Shown: positions 45,472 through 55,926 of the stretch, in pieces
Layout of the letters: each line of letters starts with the position of its first letter
How positions within the stretch are numbered: the stretch's first letter is position 1
Assembly: GCA_042408215.1 (NCBI GenBank)
Contig: JAYFMW010000030.1
Span: 608,001-672,000 of the forward strand
DNA from: Microcoleus sp.
Lineage (GTDB): Bacteria; Cyanobacteriota; Cyanobacteriia; Cyanobacteriales; Microcoleaceae
Direction: 5' to 3'
Length of the DNA: 64,000 bases
Notes under the pieces: generated by a model
What the model was told of the DNA's origin: nothing
Seen by the model: the letters and a program-made list of their open reading frames with translations, nothing else
Database searches by the model: none
Program-made: the position numbers and the translations under genes

Positions 45472-48242
45472 GCGATCGCAACACCGACGTTCCCCGTTTA
45501 GACTTAGCTCCTAAATTAAAGCGACCTCTTTCATTATCAAAGCCCATTGATTACTTGCGGTTATTATACTGGGTGTTTTTCTTTCCCCAAGCCTTGCGGT
45601 GGTATGTAGATACTTTCGGGGGTGGGTATATTCCTAAAAATAAAATCAATTGGCGAAAATCATGGGAGTTGCTGCGCCAGAATCCGATCCAGCGTCAGTT
45701 GTGTTTACAAGGATTCGCATTGACAGTGATTACATTTTTGGTTGTGAATATCATTTTTCATAAAATAGGAATTCTACCCTATTCGTCTAGCGTGATGTTG
45801 GGCGTAGCATCGGGGCTATGGGTTTGTTTGACATTTGGAAGCGGGTTGGGCGTAGCATTTGGCGTGGTGTCTGGCGTAGGGTTCACCGTAACGTTTAGTG
45901 TAGCATCAGGCTTAGCGTATGCTTTGGGATACATCCGCAGATACTTCTTTGCAGGCTGGGATGGTAGATTTTTACTAGGTGTCTTATTAAATATCGGAGT
46001 TGAGGTGATATTACCGGGGGTGGCATTAGGCTTGCCATTTGGCTTGGCGTTGGGCTTGTTGTTAGCGTTAGCCCTCAGCGTGGGAACCCGTGCAGCAGAT
46101 GAAGAAACAGATGATGTGACAGAGAACAAGATACCTGAAGGGGCAATTTTTATAGATATATCTCCATTTTTCAAGGTAATTTTTATTAGTCTTGTATTGA
46201 TTTGGTTAGCCGTAAACTTATTGATGGGCAATGTGACAGCTATTGTCGCGCGCTTATTACAGGTGGCAATCTTCTTAGCTGCCGCTGCGACAGGTTTGCT
46301 GGCTATACTCCGTCCTGAAAATTGGTGTTTGAGTCTACTGTTTGGTGTGCGATCGCCCGCTCGGAAATACTGGCGGGTTCCCCATGTAACTCCTATTCCT
46401 ATGCCGGGACTCTCTTCTCAGTTGACAAATTGGTTGCAGCACGATTGGGAAACAGGTATTTACAATGCCAACCAGTTACTTGCTTATTCTCTCCAATTCA
46501 TTCCAGTTATCCAATCAATCAACCGAGTTTTAGCACTGACACCCGAAGAGCAAGTCATCTATCGCGTGAGCCAATTAGCCGAAGATCCTCATGCTTGGCG
46601 GCTGCTGTATTCGGCTTCAGCAACTCTGATGGAAACAATAAATTTGTCTAAAGATACAGAAACTCGTCTGGATACACCTGCTCGCGCTGCTGCTGCTGGT
46701 TTTTGGTACTTGTATCAAAAGAAACCAGCTCAAGCTTGTGAAGCTTTTCAAGAGGTGTTTGGTCTCCCCTATGGAAAGGAAATGTTGGCTCTGGCTGGCA
46801 ACTTGAGATTACTTAACGACTCGACATCTATTCCTCTTATCGCTGAAGTCCAATTGTTTGCTGTTCCCAATGAACCTCTTCTGCGTCCATCTACCTGGCA
46901 AGCGATCGCCTCTCTGAGTCGAGTAGTTGAAGATGTCAAAGTCGTTCAGCGCAGCGTGTCTCGTTCTGTTAGAGCAATCGCCCTCAATCGAGCATTAGGA
47001 GAAATTAAAAACCTTTTAGAAACAGCAGATACCTTGCCAAAACCAGAGAGACAGCTAATTATTAACATTGCTCGGGCTTGGAAAGAAGATTTGTTACAGA
47101 TAGCTAGTGAGCAGAGGCAAGATTCCATCGCTGAGCCAGTACGCAATCCCTACGTTGTTGGCGATCCAGTCCAAGGCAAACTATTTGTCGGTCGCAAAGA
47201 TATCATCAGACAGCTAGAGGAATTGTGGGTGGCGACAGGAAATCAACTTCAGTCTGTGGTTATCTACGGTCATCGACGCATGGGCAAAACTTCTATTCTG
47301 CTTAACGTGGCTAATTCCCTAGGTTCACAGGTAAAAGTAGCCTATGTCAATCTATTGCTAGTGGGAGATAGTCCTCAAGGAGTTGGAGATGTGCTGATGG
47401 CAATTAGCGATAAAATTTCTGATGCTGTCAACATTCCACCTCCTGCCGATGCGGATTTGCTGAATCTTCCCTATCGTACTTTTCGGCGCTATTTGAAACA
47501 AGTAGAGGCAAATCTGAGTGAAACGGGTTTGATTATTGCTTTAGATGAGTTTGAGAAGATTGAAAAACTGATTGAGAAGGGAAAGATTGACAGTGACTTT
47601 ATGGAGGTTCTGCGCGGGATGGTACAAATGAGTCCTAAAATAGCTTTTGCTTTGGCTGGTTTGCATACTTTAGACGAGATGACTGGGGATTACTCTCACC
47701 CTTTCTTTGCTAGTTTTATTAATATCAAGGTTAGCTTCATGGAAAGTGCAGCTACCCGTCAGATTCTTGCTAATCCACAGGAAGATTTCCTTCTTGACTA
47801 CGCGCCAGAAGCGTTATCTGCAATCTATGCTTGGACTAATGGACAGCCTTATTTAGTTCAGCTAGTGGGATTTCAGCTAGTTCGCCGCTACAATGACCAA
47901 GTTTTTGAGATGGGAAATGCTCGCGATCCGGTCTTTACGGTAGAAGATGTGAGGGCCGTTATTAATGACCATGAATTCTTTCAGCGGGGACGCTACTACT
48001 TTGATGGCGTTTGGGGTCAGGCGGCGCGGGGTGCTCCCGGACAACAAGAGGTATTAAGAGCGATCGCACCTCACCGAGAAGGACTCGATATCAACACGCT
48101 AGCTGAAATTACTGGTATGAACGAGACAAATTTACAGCCAGCACTTGATTCTTTGATACGTCACGATGTAGTTTGGGAAATTGATGGCAAGTGGAGCATT
48201 ATTGTCCAACTATTTCGCGTTTGGGTGGATAAATGTATATAG
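45468..48242 (+). CDS. Multi-TM membrane protein with C-terminal STAND/AAA ATPase
   Basis: ATGA overlap with the upstream gene; TM-rich N-terminus; NPYVVG..FVGR, Walker A GHRRMGKT, Walker B IIALDEFE, GQPYLVQ, winged-helix-like end. Confidence 0.83.
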   Translation: MSDRNTDVPRLDLAPKLKRPLSLSKPIDYLRLLYWVFFFPQALRWYVDTFGGGYIPKNKINWRKSWELLRQNPIQRQLCLQGFALTVITFLVVNIIFHKIGILPYSSSVMLGVASGLWVCLTFGSGLGVAFGVVSGVGFTVTFSVASGLAYALGYIRRYFFAGWDGRFLLGVLLNIGVEVILPGVALGLPFGLALGLLLALALSVGTRAADEETDDVTENKIPEGAIFIDISPFFKVIFISLVLIWLAVNLLMGNVTAIVARLLQVAIFLAAAATGLLAILRPENWCLSLLFGVRSPARKYWRVPHVTPIPMPGLSSQLTNWLQHDWETGIYNANQLLAYSLQFIPVIQSINRVLALTPEEQVIYRVSQLAEDPHAWRLLYSASATLMETINLSKDTETRLDTPARAAAAGFWYLYQKKPAQACEAFQEVFGLPYGKEMLALAGNLRLLNDSTSIPLIAEVQLFAVPNEPLLRPSTWQAIASLSRVVEDVKVVQRSVSRSVRAIALNRALGEIKNLLETADTLPKPERQLIINIARAWKEDLLQIASEQRQDSIAEPVRNPYVVGDPVQGKLFVGRKDIIRQLEELWVATGNQLQSVVIYGHRRMGKTSILLNVANSLGSQVKVAYVNLLLVGDSPQGVGDVLMAISDKISDAVNIPPPADADLLNLPYRTFRRYLKQVEANLSETGLIIALDEFEKIEKLIEKGKIDSDFMEVLRGMVQMSPKIAFALAGLHTLDEMTGDYSHPFFASFINIKVSFMESAATRQILANPQEDFLLDYAPEALSAIYAWTNGQPYLVQLVGFQLVRRYNDQVFEMGNARDPVFTVEDVRAVINDHEFFQRGRYYFDGVWGQAARGAPGQQEVLRAIAPHREGLDINTLAEITGMNETNLQPALDSLIRHDVVWEIDGKWSIIVQLFRVWVDKCI

Positions 48243-48262
48243 TGTGCTTGCGTAAGTCCTGA

Positions 48263-48619
48263 TTAGGTTCGCCACTGATTAAGCCAGCGGACTTGCCCTT
48301 TCCAGTCAGCAGCTTGTGTTTCTGAAAGCAGGCGATCGAGGGAAGCAATTAGACTAGATAATGTCCAACTGTTTTGAGCAGCCAAAATGATGCCACCATG
48401 TTCGGGATAACGCTGAGCTAAAACCTGAAAATCGCGGATATTAAACGTAAAAATACACCGCCCTCGCGCTGTTGCTTCTAGCAATTGAGCCTCATCGCTA
48501 GCATCTAAAGCCATCCACTCAGTCGGTGTCCGAGTGACATCGTGACTGCGAGATAAAAGGGCGGCTTGCAAAGCTTTAATAGAGGTATCGGCATCTAGAT
48601 GCAATAGTGGTTTAGACAT
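48263..48619 (-). CDS. DUF5615 family PIN-like toxin
   Basis: LHLDAD..HDV..DASDEAQL..A...GRCIFTFNIRDF..H.GIIL. Confidence 0.85.
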   Translation of the reverse strand: MSKPLLHLDADTSIKALQAALLSRSHDVTRTPTEWMALDASDEAQLLEATARGRCIFTFNIRDFQVLAQRYPEHGGIILAAQNSWTLSSLIASLDRLLSETQAADWKGQVRWLNQWRT

Positions 48620-49010
48620 TAGCAGCTTCGATAATTTGCTCAGCGGCAATAGATGCGTCTATTTCTTGATGGTGAGCCGCATAAAAAGCGAGAACTTCGT
48701 TCACTTGAGCTTCACTTAAGTCATACTCAGTGGCAATTTGGTTTGGAGAAAAACCCCATTTCTGCGCTGCGATAACTACTGTTTGCACCCGCAACCGAGT
48801 GCCGCGCAAAACGGGCGCGAGTTCGCCGCTAGCGCCGCGCACATAGGTGATTTCAGGAAAAGCGCGATCGTCATTCCGCTGGTTGAGGGTAGCGACTTTT
48901 TCGGCTACAGCCCAGAGAATAAACTGATCGAAGGAAATGCCTTGGAGTGTCGCCAATTTTTCAGCTTCTTGCTGTAGCTGAACGGGTAAGTTTAAGGTGT
49001 GGGATGTCAT
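48612..49010 (-). CDS. DUF433 antitoxin (with N-terminal RHH-like segment)
   Basis: PVLRGTRLRVQTVV..IATEYDLSEAQV.E.LAFY; overlaps the toxin start. Confidence 0.85.
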   Translation of the reverse strand: MTSHTLNLPVQLQQEAEKLATLQGISFDQFILWAVAEKVATLNQRNDDRAFPEITYVRGASGELAPVLRGTRLRVQTVVIAAQKWGFSPNQIATEYDLSEAQVNEVLAFYAAHHQEIDASIAAEQIIEAANV

Positions 49011-49494
49011 TGATGCAACTTCCGTTTGCGAATATAATTGCAGTTTGGTGGTAGTTGAGTTTGAGAGTTTCTCAATTTTTCAAGTCTTGGAAAAACTTTA
49101 GTTTTTATTTTAGCGCAACATCTCTGGGGGATGTAGGGTGATGATTAAGAATCCATACCTACTGATAAAAAAGCCGTAGCTTGCGGGGATCCCAGCCATC
49201 ACCCTTTCCCTAAAAATACCAAAGGACGATCGATCTTTCACCTAAATCAATCTCGATTTATGCACTCCAACCAAGAAACCGGGTTTTTACGCTCATCTGT
49301 CGTCTGTAACGCAGTATTGTGGCAAAAACCCGGTTTCTGAGATCCTCTGGGTCTCTTTGCTCGCACTGCGAGAGTTCGATCGCTCTTTGCTACTTTTTGT
49401 AAAATTTTTCGGAAACCTACTTGCAAAATTTTAAACACCGTGCTATTGTTAAAAGGTTTGAGACTTAACATCAATAAAGGTAAAACCCCGCAGA

Positions 49495-49917
49495 ATGAAA
49501 CAATTGGGAACCCATCTGGTCGCTGATGCTTGGCAGTCTCCTGGAGACCTGCTCAACGATCCTGAACGTATCCGCCGCGCTATTCTCGATGCGATCGAAG
49601 CCGGAGGAGCTACTCTCATCGATTTGTGCGTACACCAGTTTAGTCCTCACGGAGTGACGGCTACGGCTACTTTGGCCGAGTCTCATATAGCAATCCATAC
49701 TTGGCCTGAACACGGTTATTTTGCCGCAGACTTATTTTTCTGCGGGGCCGGCGACCCTCACAAGGCCATGAAGGTGCTACAGACAGCTCTGGAAGCTAAA
49801 CAGGTAAAACTCACCGAGTTCACGCGCGGTTTCGAGCCAGGGGTGGGCATCTTAGGTATTGCTTCCGAAGAGCAGTATGCGCCTCGTTTAGTAGAAACGA
49901 GTGCTGTCCGAGGATGA
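49495..49917 (+). CDS. speD: S-adenosylmethionine decarboxylase proenzyme (SpeD/SpeH family)
   Basis: GTHLVAD, HQFSPHGVT, LAESHIAIHTWPEHG, DLFFCG. Confidence 0.9.
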   Translation: MKQLGTHLVADAWQSPGDLLNDPERIRRAILDAIEAGGATLIDLCVHQFSPHGVTATATLAESHIAIHTWPEHGYFAADLFFCGAGDPHKAMKVLQTALEAKQVKLTEFTRGFEPGVGILGIASEEQYAPRLVETSAVRG

Positions 49918-50002
49918 TGAGCCAATGAGCGTAACTTTGACTATTTTATGCTAGGTGTTGGTTAAAATCCCACGGATCGAGTCGTGGGATTGTTTTTGAA
50001 AT

Positions 50003-50611
50003 TTACTTTTTGATCAATAAAGGGCGGACAACTAAATAACCAGCGCCGAAAGCGGCAATGACAATCAGAAAAATGGCGATCGCTAACCACAATCCGCTTA
50101 AGTCTGAAGATTTTTTTGGTTGAGAACGCAAACGGTAAGGAGTTTCGGGTACTTCTGTAAATAGTTTTTCTGGAAGTTGATCGGGAATCACCGGGTCCGT
50201 TGCTTCCGATGCTGGTGCTGGGAAAGGGAATGCAACCGTTTGAGCTGCGGGGGTTACTTCCGGTATAGCATAGTTCATCTGCTCGGTTGTAGGCGCTGGG
50301 CGAGGCGCTTGGGCGCTGAAATTGTTGAAATTGACTGGGGGCATTTGAGGCATCCCTATCTGGCTGACACTATAAGCGGAGTTGACTGCTTGCTGTAGGT
50401 ATATGGATGCTTGAACTACTGTTTCTACTTCTCGCCGCAGTTGTTGATTTTGTTGGACTAATTGCTGATTGTGGGTTTTGAGAGAGTCAAGCATTGCTTG
50501 GGCGGATTGCAACTCGGCGGTGACTTCTCGGTAGAGGGAAATGGGTACTGATGGAGAGTAGTTATTTGAGTTGGCGGAGGAGTTATTGTCAGGTAAGGTA
50601 GTATTTTGCAT
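50003..50611 (-). CDS. Conserved cyanobacterial coiled-coil/TM hypothetical protein
   Basis: YSPSVPISLYREV.AELQ coiled coil; C-terminal TM. Confidence 0.75.
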   Translation of the reverse strand: MQNTTLPDNNSSANSNNYSPSVPISLYREVTAELQSAQAMLDSLKTHNQQLVQQNQQLRREVETVVQASIYLQQAVNSAYSVSQIGMPQMPPVNFNNFSAQAPRPAPTTEQMNYAIPEVTPAAQTVAFPFPAPASEATDPVIPDQLPEKLFTEVPETPYRLRSQPKKSSDLSGLWLAIAIFLIVIAAFGAGYLVVRPLLIKK

Positions 50612-50703
50612 AATTTGTAGATAGGGAGGGTGAACTTTTTTAGTTTAGCCTGAGAGTATTTGCAATGCGATCGATCGCCACAGGATTCGTCAAGATATTT
50701 GTT

Positions 50704-50868
50704 ATACCAATTTAATGGGTCGTTGCACATATCTCGATCCCCCTAAATCCCCCTTAAGAAGGGGGACTTTGATCGGAATCTTGTCCCACACCCCCTACTC
50801 CCCTACTCCCCTTATTAAGGGGGGTTAGGGGGGATCAGATTCTATGCAGCCTCATAAAAAATTGGTAT
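50704..50868. repeat. MITE-like element (ATACCAATT TIRs) with REP cargo
   Basis: ATACCAATTT...AAATTGGTAT enclosing the CCCCTAAATCCCCCTTAAG REP. Confidence 0.72.
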
Positions 50869-50922
50869 TACAGATATTGATAGTCAGTTTAATTAAATCT
50901 TAGAAGTTTTCAGTCGATCGCT

Positions 50923-51342
50923 ATGAACAACCATCCAACCGAACAAAGTATGTCACAAAAGTCAAGTGCGGAGGAAATGAAATACGGCGAACGCCAGATT
51001 TTGGAAGGGGAGTTAATTACCTTCCCGAATCCGCGAGTCGGGCGGCGCTACTCGATTAACATTACTTTACCGGAATTTACTTGCAAGTGTCCGTTTTCGG
51101 GCTATCCCGATTTTGCGGCGATTCATATTACTTATGTGCCCGATGAGCGGGTGGTGGAATTGAAGGCGCTGAAACTGTATATTAACAGTTATCGCGATCG
51201 CTACATTTCTCACGAAGAATCGATCAATCAAATTTTAGATGATTTTGTCGCAGCTTGCGCGCCGCTGGAAGCGACGATTAAGGGCGATTTTTTGCCGCGA
51301 GGGAATGTGCACACTGTGGTTGAGGTGCGGCACGAGAAGTAA
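50923..51342 (+). CDS. queF: NADPH-dependent 7-cyano-7-deazaguanine reductase
   Basis: PEFTCKCPFSGYPDFA, VELKALKLY, SHEE, PRGN. Confidence 0.95.
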   Translation: MNNHPTEQSMSQKSSAEEMKYGERQILEGELITFPNPRVGRRYSINITLPEFTCKCPFSGYPDFAAIHITYVPDERVVELKALKLYINSYRDRYISHEESINQILDDFVAACAPLEATIKGDFLPRGNVHTVVEVRHEK

Positions 51343-51391
51343 TAGGTAGAGCCTTTAGATGTGCGTTCCGGGGCTTGTGCTTGGAAGAAAT

Positions 51392-51811
51392 TCACAAAGC
51401 CAAGTGATAAGTATTTCTACCGCGATCGGGCAGAACGATTAATCGTTGGTGGATAATATCTGGTTGCAAACCTAAACTTTCTAAAGGAATCAAACCTAGC
51501 AAGGAGTCTTCACATCCTGGCAATTCCATACAATTAAACTCTCCTTTTCGCCCTTCCACAGCCAGACTCAATCTCTTAAACAGACGTGCTTTTTGGACTC
51601 CGGCTGCTGTCTTAACCTCGATTTCTTCATCCAGTGTTAAACCTAATTGAGCGATCGTTGATGCGGGTAAGCAGAGGCGCGTAGCACCCGTATCAACTAT
51701 CACATTTTCTAAGGTGACAGAACGAACTTGCTCGGCTGGTATAAAGCCTCTTTCTTGCAAAATTTCATCGACTAGGTTGGTGACTGTTATGGTGGCGGTA
51801 ACTAAACCCGT
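51392..51811 (-). CDS. Retropepsin-like (clan AA) aspartyl protease; canonical start apparently lost (ACG at 51811)
   Basis: IVDTGATRLCLP and LLGLIPLE motifs; in-frame GLVTATITVTN upstream of the TTG start. Confidence 0.7.
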   Translation of the reverse strand, partial: TGLVTATITVTNLVDEILQERGFIPAEQVRSVTLENVIVDTGATRLCLPASTIAQLGLTLDEEIEVKTAAGVQKARLFKRLSLAVEGRKGEFNCMELPGCEDSLLGLIPLESLGLQPDIIHQRLIVLPDRGRNTYHLAL

Positions 51812-51879
51812 TTTTTGAGCGAGTTTTTGTGACCTAATCTGAGTGAAAATTATACTCTCTTATGCTGGTACTTATTGCG

Positions 51880-52009
51880 GTAGGGTGCGTCAGGTTTGAG
51901 ATTCTCAATCAGCAGGAAAAGTCTGGTTCTGACGCACCGTTTTTTGTGTGCGTCAGTTGTGAAATTGTTGGTTTGGATCGAAAATAACGCGCTGCTGACG
52001 CACCCTACA
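51880..52009. repeat. Dispersed GTAG-type REP doublet related to the RAYT arrays
   Basis: GTAGGGTGCGTCAG...CTGACGCACCCTAC. Confidence 0.7.
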
Positions 52010-52010
52010 G

Positions 52011-53423
52011 TTAATTTTGATTGGCTAGAGAAGTCGGCGCTATTTCGCCCTTTCCTTCCTCTTGTTTCGATTCTGCCAACTTGTCCAAAATCTCCACAAC
52101 TTCTCTTTCAAAAGTTACCTGAGCGCGATTAGTACGCCCACCAACATAAAGTTTGCCGTCTTTTTCCAACGCCCAAATCTGCGAATGAGACAGATAGCTC
52201 ATCAGCACGCTGAGCATCAGCAACCCAAAGCCAGTATAGACGATCGGGATTCCCGGATCGGCTTTAATTTGCAAGCCCGTGCTACCAACAACTTCGTCTA
52301 CTGTCAGCATCACTCCATTCACTTCAACTGCTGTACCGGCGCGAACTGTCGTTAACAATTTGCCATCCATACCGTAAACTAACATCGTTCCTTGCAAGTC
52401 TTTTGCTAGCAGAGAAACTCCCGCACTCAAATCGGGTTTAGTCGGAATCCAAGTACCCCAAATCCGCCCTTTACCTTGAGTGTCTAACTGAGCCATTTCC
52501 AGTTGAAAAACGGGGCTTTTGTTGAGGCGAACTCGCACGGCCGCTATGGCCCAATCTGCTTGATAAAAAGTCACTCCTCTGTATTTTAGTGGCTGGTTGA
52601 CATGAATGGTTTGGCGATCGACCTCTTGGCCTGCTTTATCCAAAACTGACAAATCAGAATAAAATTGGTCGATCGCACCACTAGGAGTATAATCGATCCA
52701 GAAGCGATTGACTCGCATCGACCAATCCTTCGGGATTTGCGGCGCCGCCCAAGGCCCCGCATCCGTGATATTTTTCACCTGAAATGTTTCGCCACTGGGA
52801 ACCATTTCTTGACCGAGAAAACCAGTCATTGCGCCCCACATCGCCCCAGCTAAAATAATTAGCATACTGGCGTGAACAATAATCGGGCCGATTTTGCCAA
52901 TTATGCCTTTGCGGGCGTAAACTTTGTCGCCTTCTCGAAAGATCAGATATCTTTTTTGCTGCAAAAGTTCTTCTAAGAAAGTTAAAGAACCTGTTTCTAA
53001 TTCAGCACTGAGAGCTAATTTTTCAAACTGCTTCGGTTCTTCATAAAATTTCCAGCGGCGGGCGGCTTTTAAGGCTGGAAATTGTCTGGTAAATGTACAG
53101 GCTGTCAAGCTGCTTCCGAAGAAAATTAGGATTGACAAAAACCACCAAGTGCGATATACGTGGTCGAGTCCTATAATTAGCAAAACTTTCCAAGTTAGGA
53201 AACCGAAAAGGGCGGGATGTTCGGGATAGTTGGATTGGTAAAAGTCTACGGATTGACCTTGTTCGATGACAGTACCGGAAATGCTAAAAAATGCGATCGC
53301 CAGCAACAAGATGATAGCCAGCCGCAAATCCGCTAACAGGGGTAAGACTTCACGCTTGAAAAACTTTTGAGGGGCCGTCGCCCAGTCAGATAGTTTAGAT
53401 AGAAATACTTCTTTTGATGTCAT
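52011..53423 (-). CDS. ccs1: Cytochrome c biogenesis protein Ccs1/CcsB (ResB family)
   Basis: [48 protein letters not shown]. Confidence 0.93.
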   Translation of the reverse strand: MTSKEVFLSKLSDWATAPQKFFKREVLPLLADLRLAIILLLAIAFFSISGTVIEQGQSVDFYQSNYPEHPALFGFLTWKVLLIIGLDHVYRTWWFLSILIFFGSSLTACTFTRQFPALKAARRWKFYEEPKQFEKLALSAELETGSLTFLEELLQQKRYLIFREGDKVYARKGIIGKIGPIIVHASMLIILAGAMWGAMTGFLGQEMVPSGETFQVKNITDAGPWAAPQIPKDWSMRVNRFWIDYTPSGAIDQFYSDLSVLDKAGQEVDRQTIHVNQPLKYRGVTFYQADWAIAAVRVRLNKSPVFQLEMAQLDTQGKGRIWGTWIPTKPDLSAGVSLLAKDLQGTMLVYGMDGKLLTTVRAGTAVEVNGVMLTVDEVVGSTGLQIKADPGIPIVYTGFGLLMLSVLMSYLSHSQIWALEKDGKLYVGGRTNRAQVTFEREVVEILDKLAESKQEEGKGEIAPTSLANQN

Positions 53424-53731
53424 TGGTAATTATGAAGGAAGTTCGGCAACGGATTGTGTAACGGATGTAACGGATGTAACGGATGTAACGGAGGTCAGTC
53501 AGAAGGAAGAAGTCAGAAGGAAGAAAGAGGAGGGAAAAACAAAAAACGAAGAAAATATTATTATTTTTATCTAGCAATTCTCAATCAATCTTGAATTATT
53601 TCTCTTTTCTTTCTTTCTTTCTTTCTTTCTTCCTGTTCTTCGCGTCTTCGCGGTTCGTTAAAAAATAAGTTTGCGAAGCCTGCAATGATTCCTAGAACTC
53701 TAAATAAGGACGGTCGTCCTTACTACAAACC

Positions 53732-54463
53732 CTAGGCTGGAAGTATTCGCGAAATTAGCGAGAAAACACCAAATCCTACTAATAAAATACCGCTAACAGG
53801 CGTAATCCAACTCGACCAGCGGCGCAATTCTAAGAACTTTTTAATACTCGCAGTAAAAGTGCCTGCTATAATCAGCGGAGCCACGTAGCCAGCAGCATAA
53901 AACAGTAAAAATACACCACCTAAAATTGTATCTCCCGTCTTGGAAACCCAAGCTAATAGGGTAGCTAAAACAGGAGTGCTGCACGGAGAAGCTACTAAAC
54001 CAAAAGTTAAGCCCAATAAGTACGATCGCACACCAGCAGGCAAATTCTTTGGCACCCATCCCACAGCATCAAAAGAGGGCATTTGCAAAGGCAAAGCTTC
54101 GAGCAAATTCAGCCCCATTAAAATAGCGATCGTGCTGACAACGATCGGCAAACCTATGCCAATTTTACCATAAACCTGTCCAGCAAAGGATGCTACAATG
54201 CCCAAACCAGCAAGGGTGGTGGCCAATCCCAGGGAAAACCACGCCGACTGGGTGGCGGCTTGGAGGCGGCTTTTTGCTTCGTATCCGCCGATATAGCCGA
54301 TCGTAATCGGCAACATTGAAAGCATACAGGGAGTTAAGCTAGTTAGCAACCCAGCCAGAAAGATCGCTCCGACGCTAACTAAACTGAGTTGTGTCAGTTG
54401 AGTGTTGACTAAAGTATTAGCAAATTGTGCTAGTTCGTAAAGTTTGGTTTGCAGGGTTTCCAT
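53732..54463 (-). CDS. ccdA: Cytochrome c biogenesis protein CcdA
   Basis: TSLTPCMLSMLP and VASPCSTPVL redox Cys motifs. Confidence 0.93.
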   Translation of the reverse strand: METLQTKLYELAQFANTLVNTQLTQLSLVSVGAIFLAGLLTSLTPCMLSMLPITIGYIGGYEAKSRLQAATQSAWFSLGLATTLAGLGIVASFAGQVYGKIGIGLPIVVSTIAILMGLNLLEALPLQMPSFDAVGWVPKNLPAGVRSYLLGLTFGLVASPCSTPVLATLLAWVSKTGDTILGGVFLLFYAAGYVAPLIIAGTFTASIKKFLELRRWSSWITPVSGILLVGFGVFSLISRILPA

Positions 54464-54872
54464 CGCGAGTGTTTGGTGCTGTTCTGACTCTATTTAAAAT
54501 TGTAACAGATACGGGGTGAGTCGGTTAAAAATTGGAAATTTTAGTTAAATTGACTGAAAGCATCTAGAGTACAAGCCCCTGGACTCATTCCTTCGCAGAC
54601 TCAGGACGGATCGATAAAAAACGTGGTATCCTATAAACCTGCTAAGTAGAAGAGAAATGGAAGTCGAGAAATGGAAGTCGGAAGAATGCTCAGATAGCAA
54701 GCTTTTTATCCACCTGTATCTTACGTTTAATTAGGTGGATTTACTTAACTGATTTATCCGTTAGGTCGCTTTCTTCCATCTAAAATCTAAAATCTAAAAT
54801 CTAAAATTGATGAACTGGCTAATATTAAAAAAGTAGGCCACACCCCGATTTAATTTGATACCTTCATTGACA

Positions 54873-55604
54873 TTAATCAAAGGAACTTGAATTGAAATTA
54901 CTGGCCATTTCTTCATTGATAGATCCGTCAGGCATAACTGCCCCAGCCAGGACCGCACCTTTGAGATTTGCTCCCGTTAAATCAGCACCTTCTAAATTAG
55001 CATTGCTCAGGTTTGTGACTTGTTTGGAACCTCTAAAAAAGAAGCTTTGTAAGTCCGCACCTGTCAAATTACTGTCCCCCAAATTGGCATATTGCAAATC
55101 AGCACCGTGGAGCGTCGCATCAGTTAAATTAGCTTTGGTGAGATTGCTTCCCCAAAGTCTAGAATATAACACGTTAGCATCTTGTAAATTGGCAAAAGTA
55201 AGATTGGCTAAAGTAAGATTAGCATCCCACAATCTGGTGCGATTTAAATTAGCTGCGGTCAAATTAGCTTTGCTGAGATCTGTTCCAAAAATATCAGAAT
55301 CTGCTAAATTTGCACCGCTGAGATCTGCGTCAGAAAGGTCTGCATTTTTCAAGTTAGCACCTGACAAATTAGCCCCGCTTAAATTAGCCCCGCTGAGGTT
55401 AGCTTCTTGGAGATTGGCACCTCGCAAATCGACCCCACTCAAATCGCACTGCTTCCAGAGAAAGCTGACGCACCAATTATCTTTTAATAGCTGACTCAGA
55501 TCCTTAGCATTGGCTGCCATAACTGGAGGAGTTAAACAAAGAGTGAACAGGGCGATCGCCAATACAGTCGCCGCTATTTTTTTCAACTTCATAACTATTT
55601 TCAT
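54873..55604 (-). CDS. Secreted/lumenal pentapeptide repeat protein
   Basis: Signal peptide, C..C motif, ANLSG repeats. Confidence 0.87.
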   Translation of the reverse strand: MKIVMKLKKIAATVLAIALFTLCLTPPVMAANAKDLSQLLKDNWCVSFLWKQCDLSGVDLRGANLQEANLSGANLSGANLSGANLKNADLSDADLSGANLADSDIFGTDLSKANLTAANLNRTRLWDANLTLANLTFANLQDANVLYSRLWGSNLTKANLTDATLHGADLQYANLGDSNLTGADLQSFFFRGSKQVTNLSNANLEGADLTGANLKGAVLAGAVMPDGSINEEMASNFNSSSFD

Positions 55605-55658
55605 GGGCCGTAATTTGTGCAATAGATTCTTGTATAATTATAGCATAGCAAATAATCT

Positions 55659-55788
55659 TAGTCCTGGACGCAACGGGCATCGGGATCATCGACTTGTCGG
55701 GTGCTCTACTACTTTCATTATGAACGGATTACCAAGGGTTTGAGATAGTAGAGCACCTTACTAATTGTGACACTTGCGTCCAGGACTG
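55659..55788. mobile_element. MITE-like element (AGTCCTGGACGCAA TIRs)
   Basis: AGTCCTGGACGCAA...TTGCGTCCAGGACT. Confidence 0.6.
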
Positions 55789-55926
55789 AGTTAGATAGGG
55801 AGTTTTTAACCGCAGATATCAGCGGATGAACACAGATAAACGCCGAGGGAATTTCATCTGTGTTTATCTGCGTTCATCTGCGGTTAAAAAAACATTCCTA
55901 TTCGCTCAACTTCACCTACTTAATAA

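Noticed and set aside
53452..53490. ACGGATGTA 9-mer repeats and the YIRYIR ORF
   Set aside because: Simple intergenic tandem repeat with no evidence of coding.
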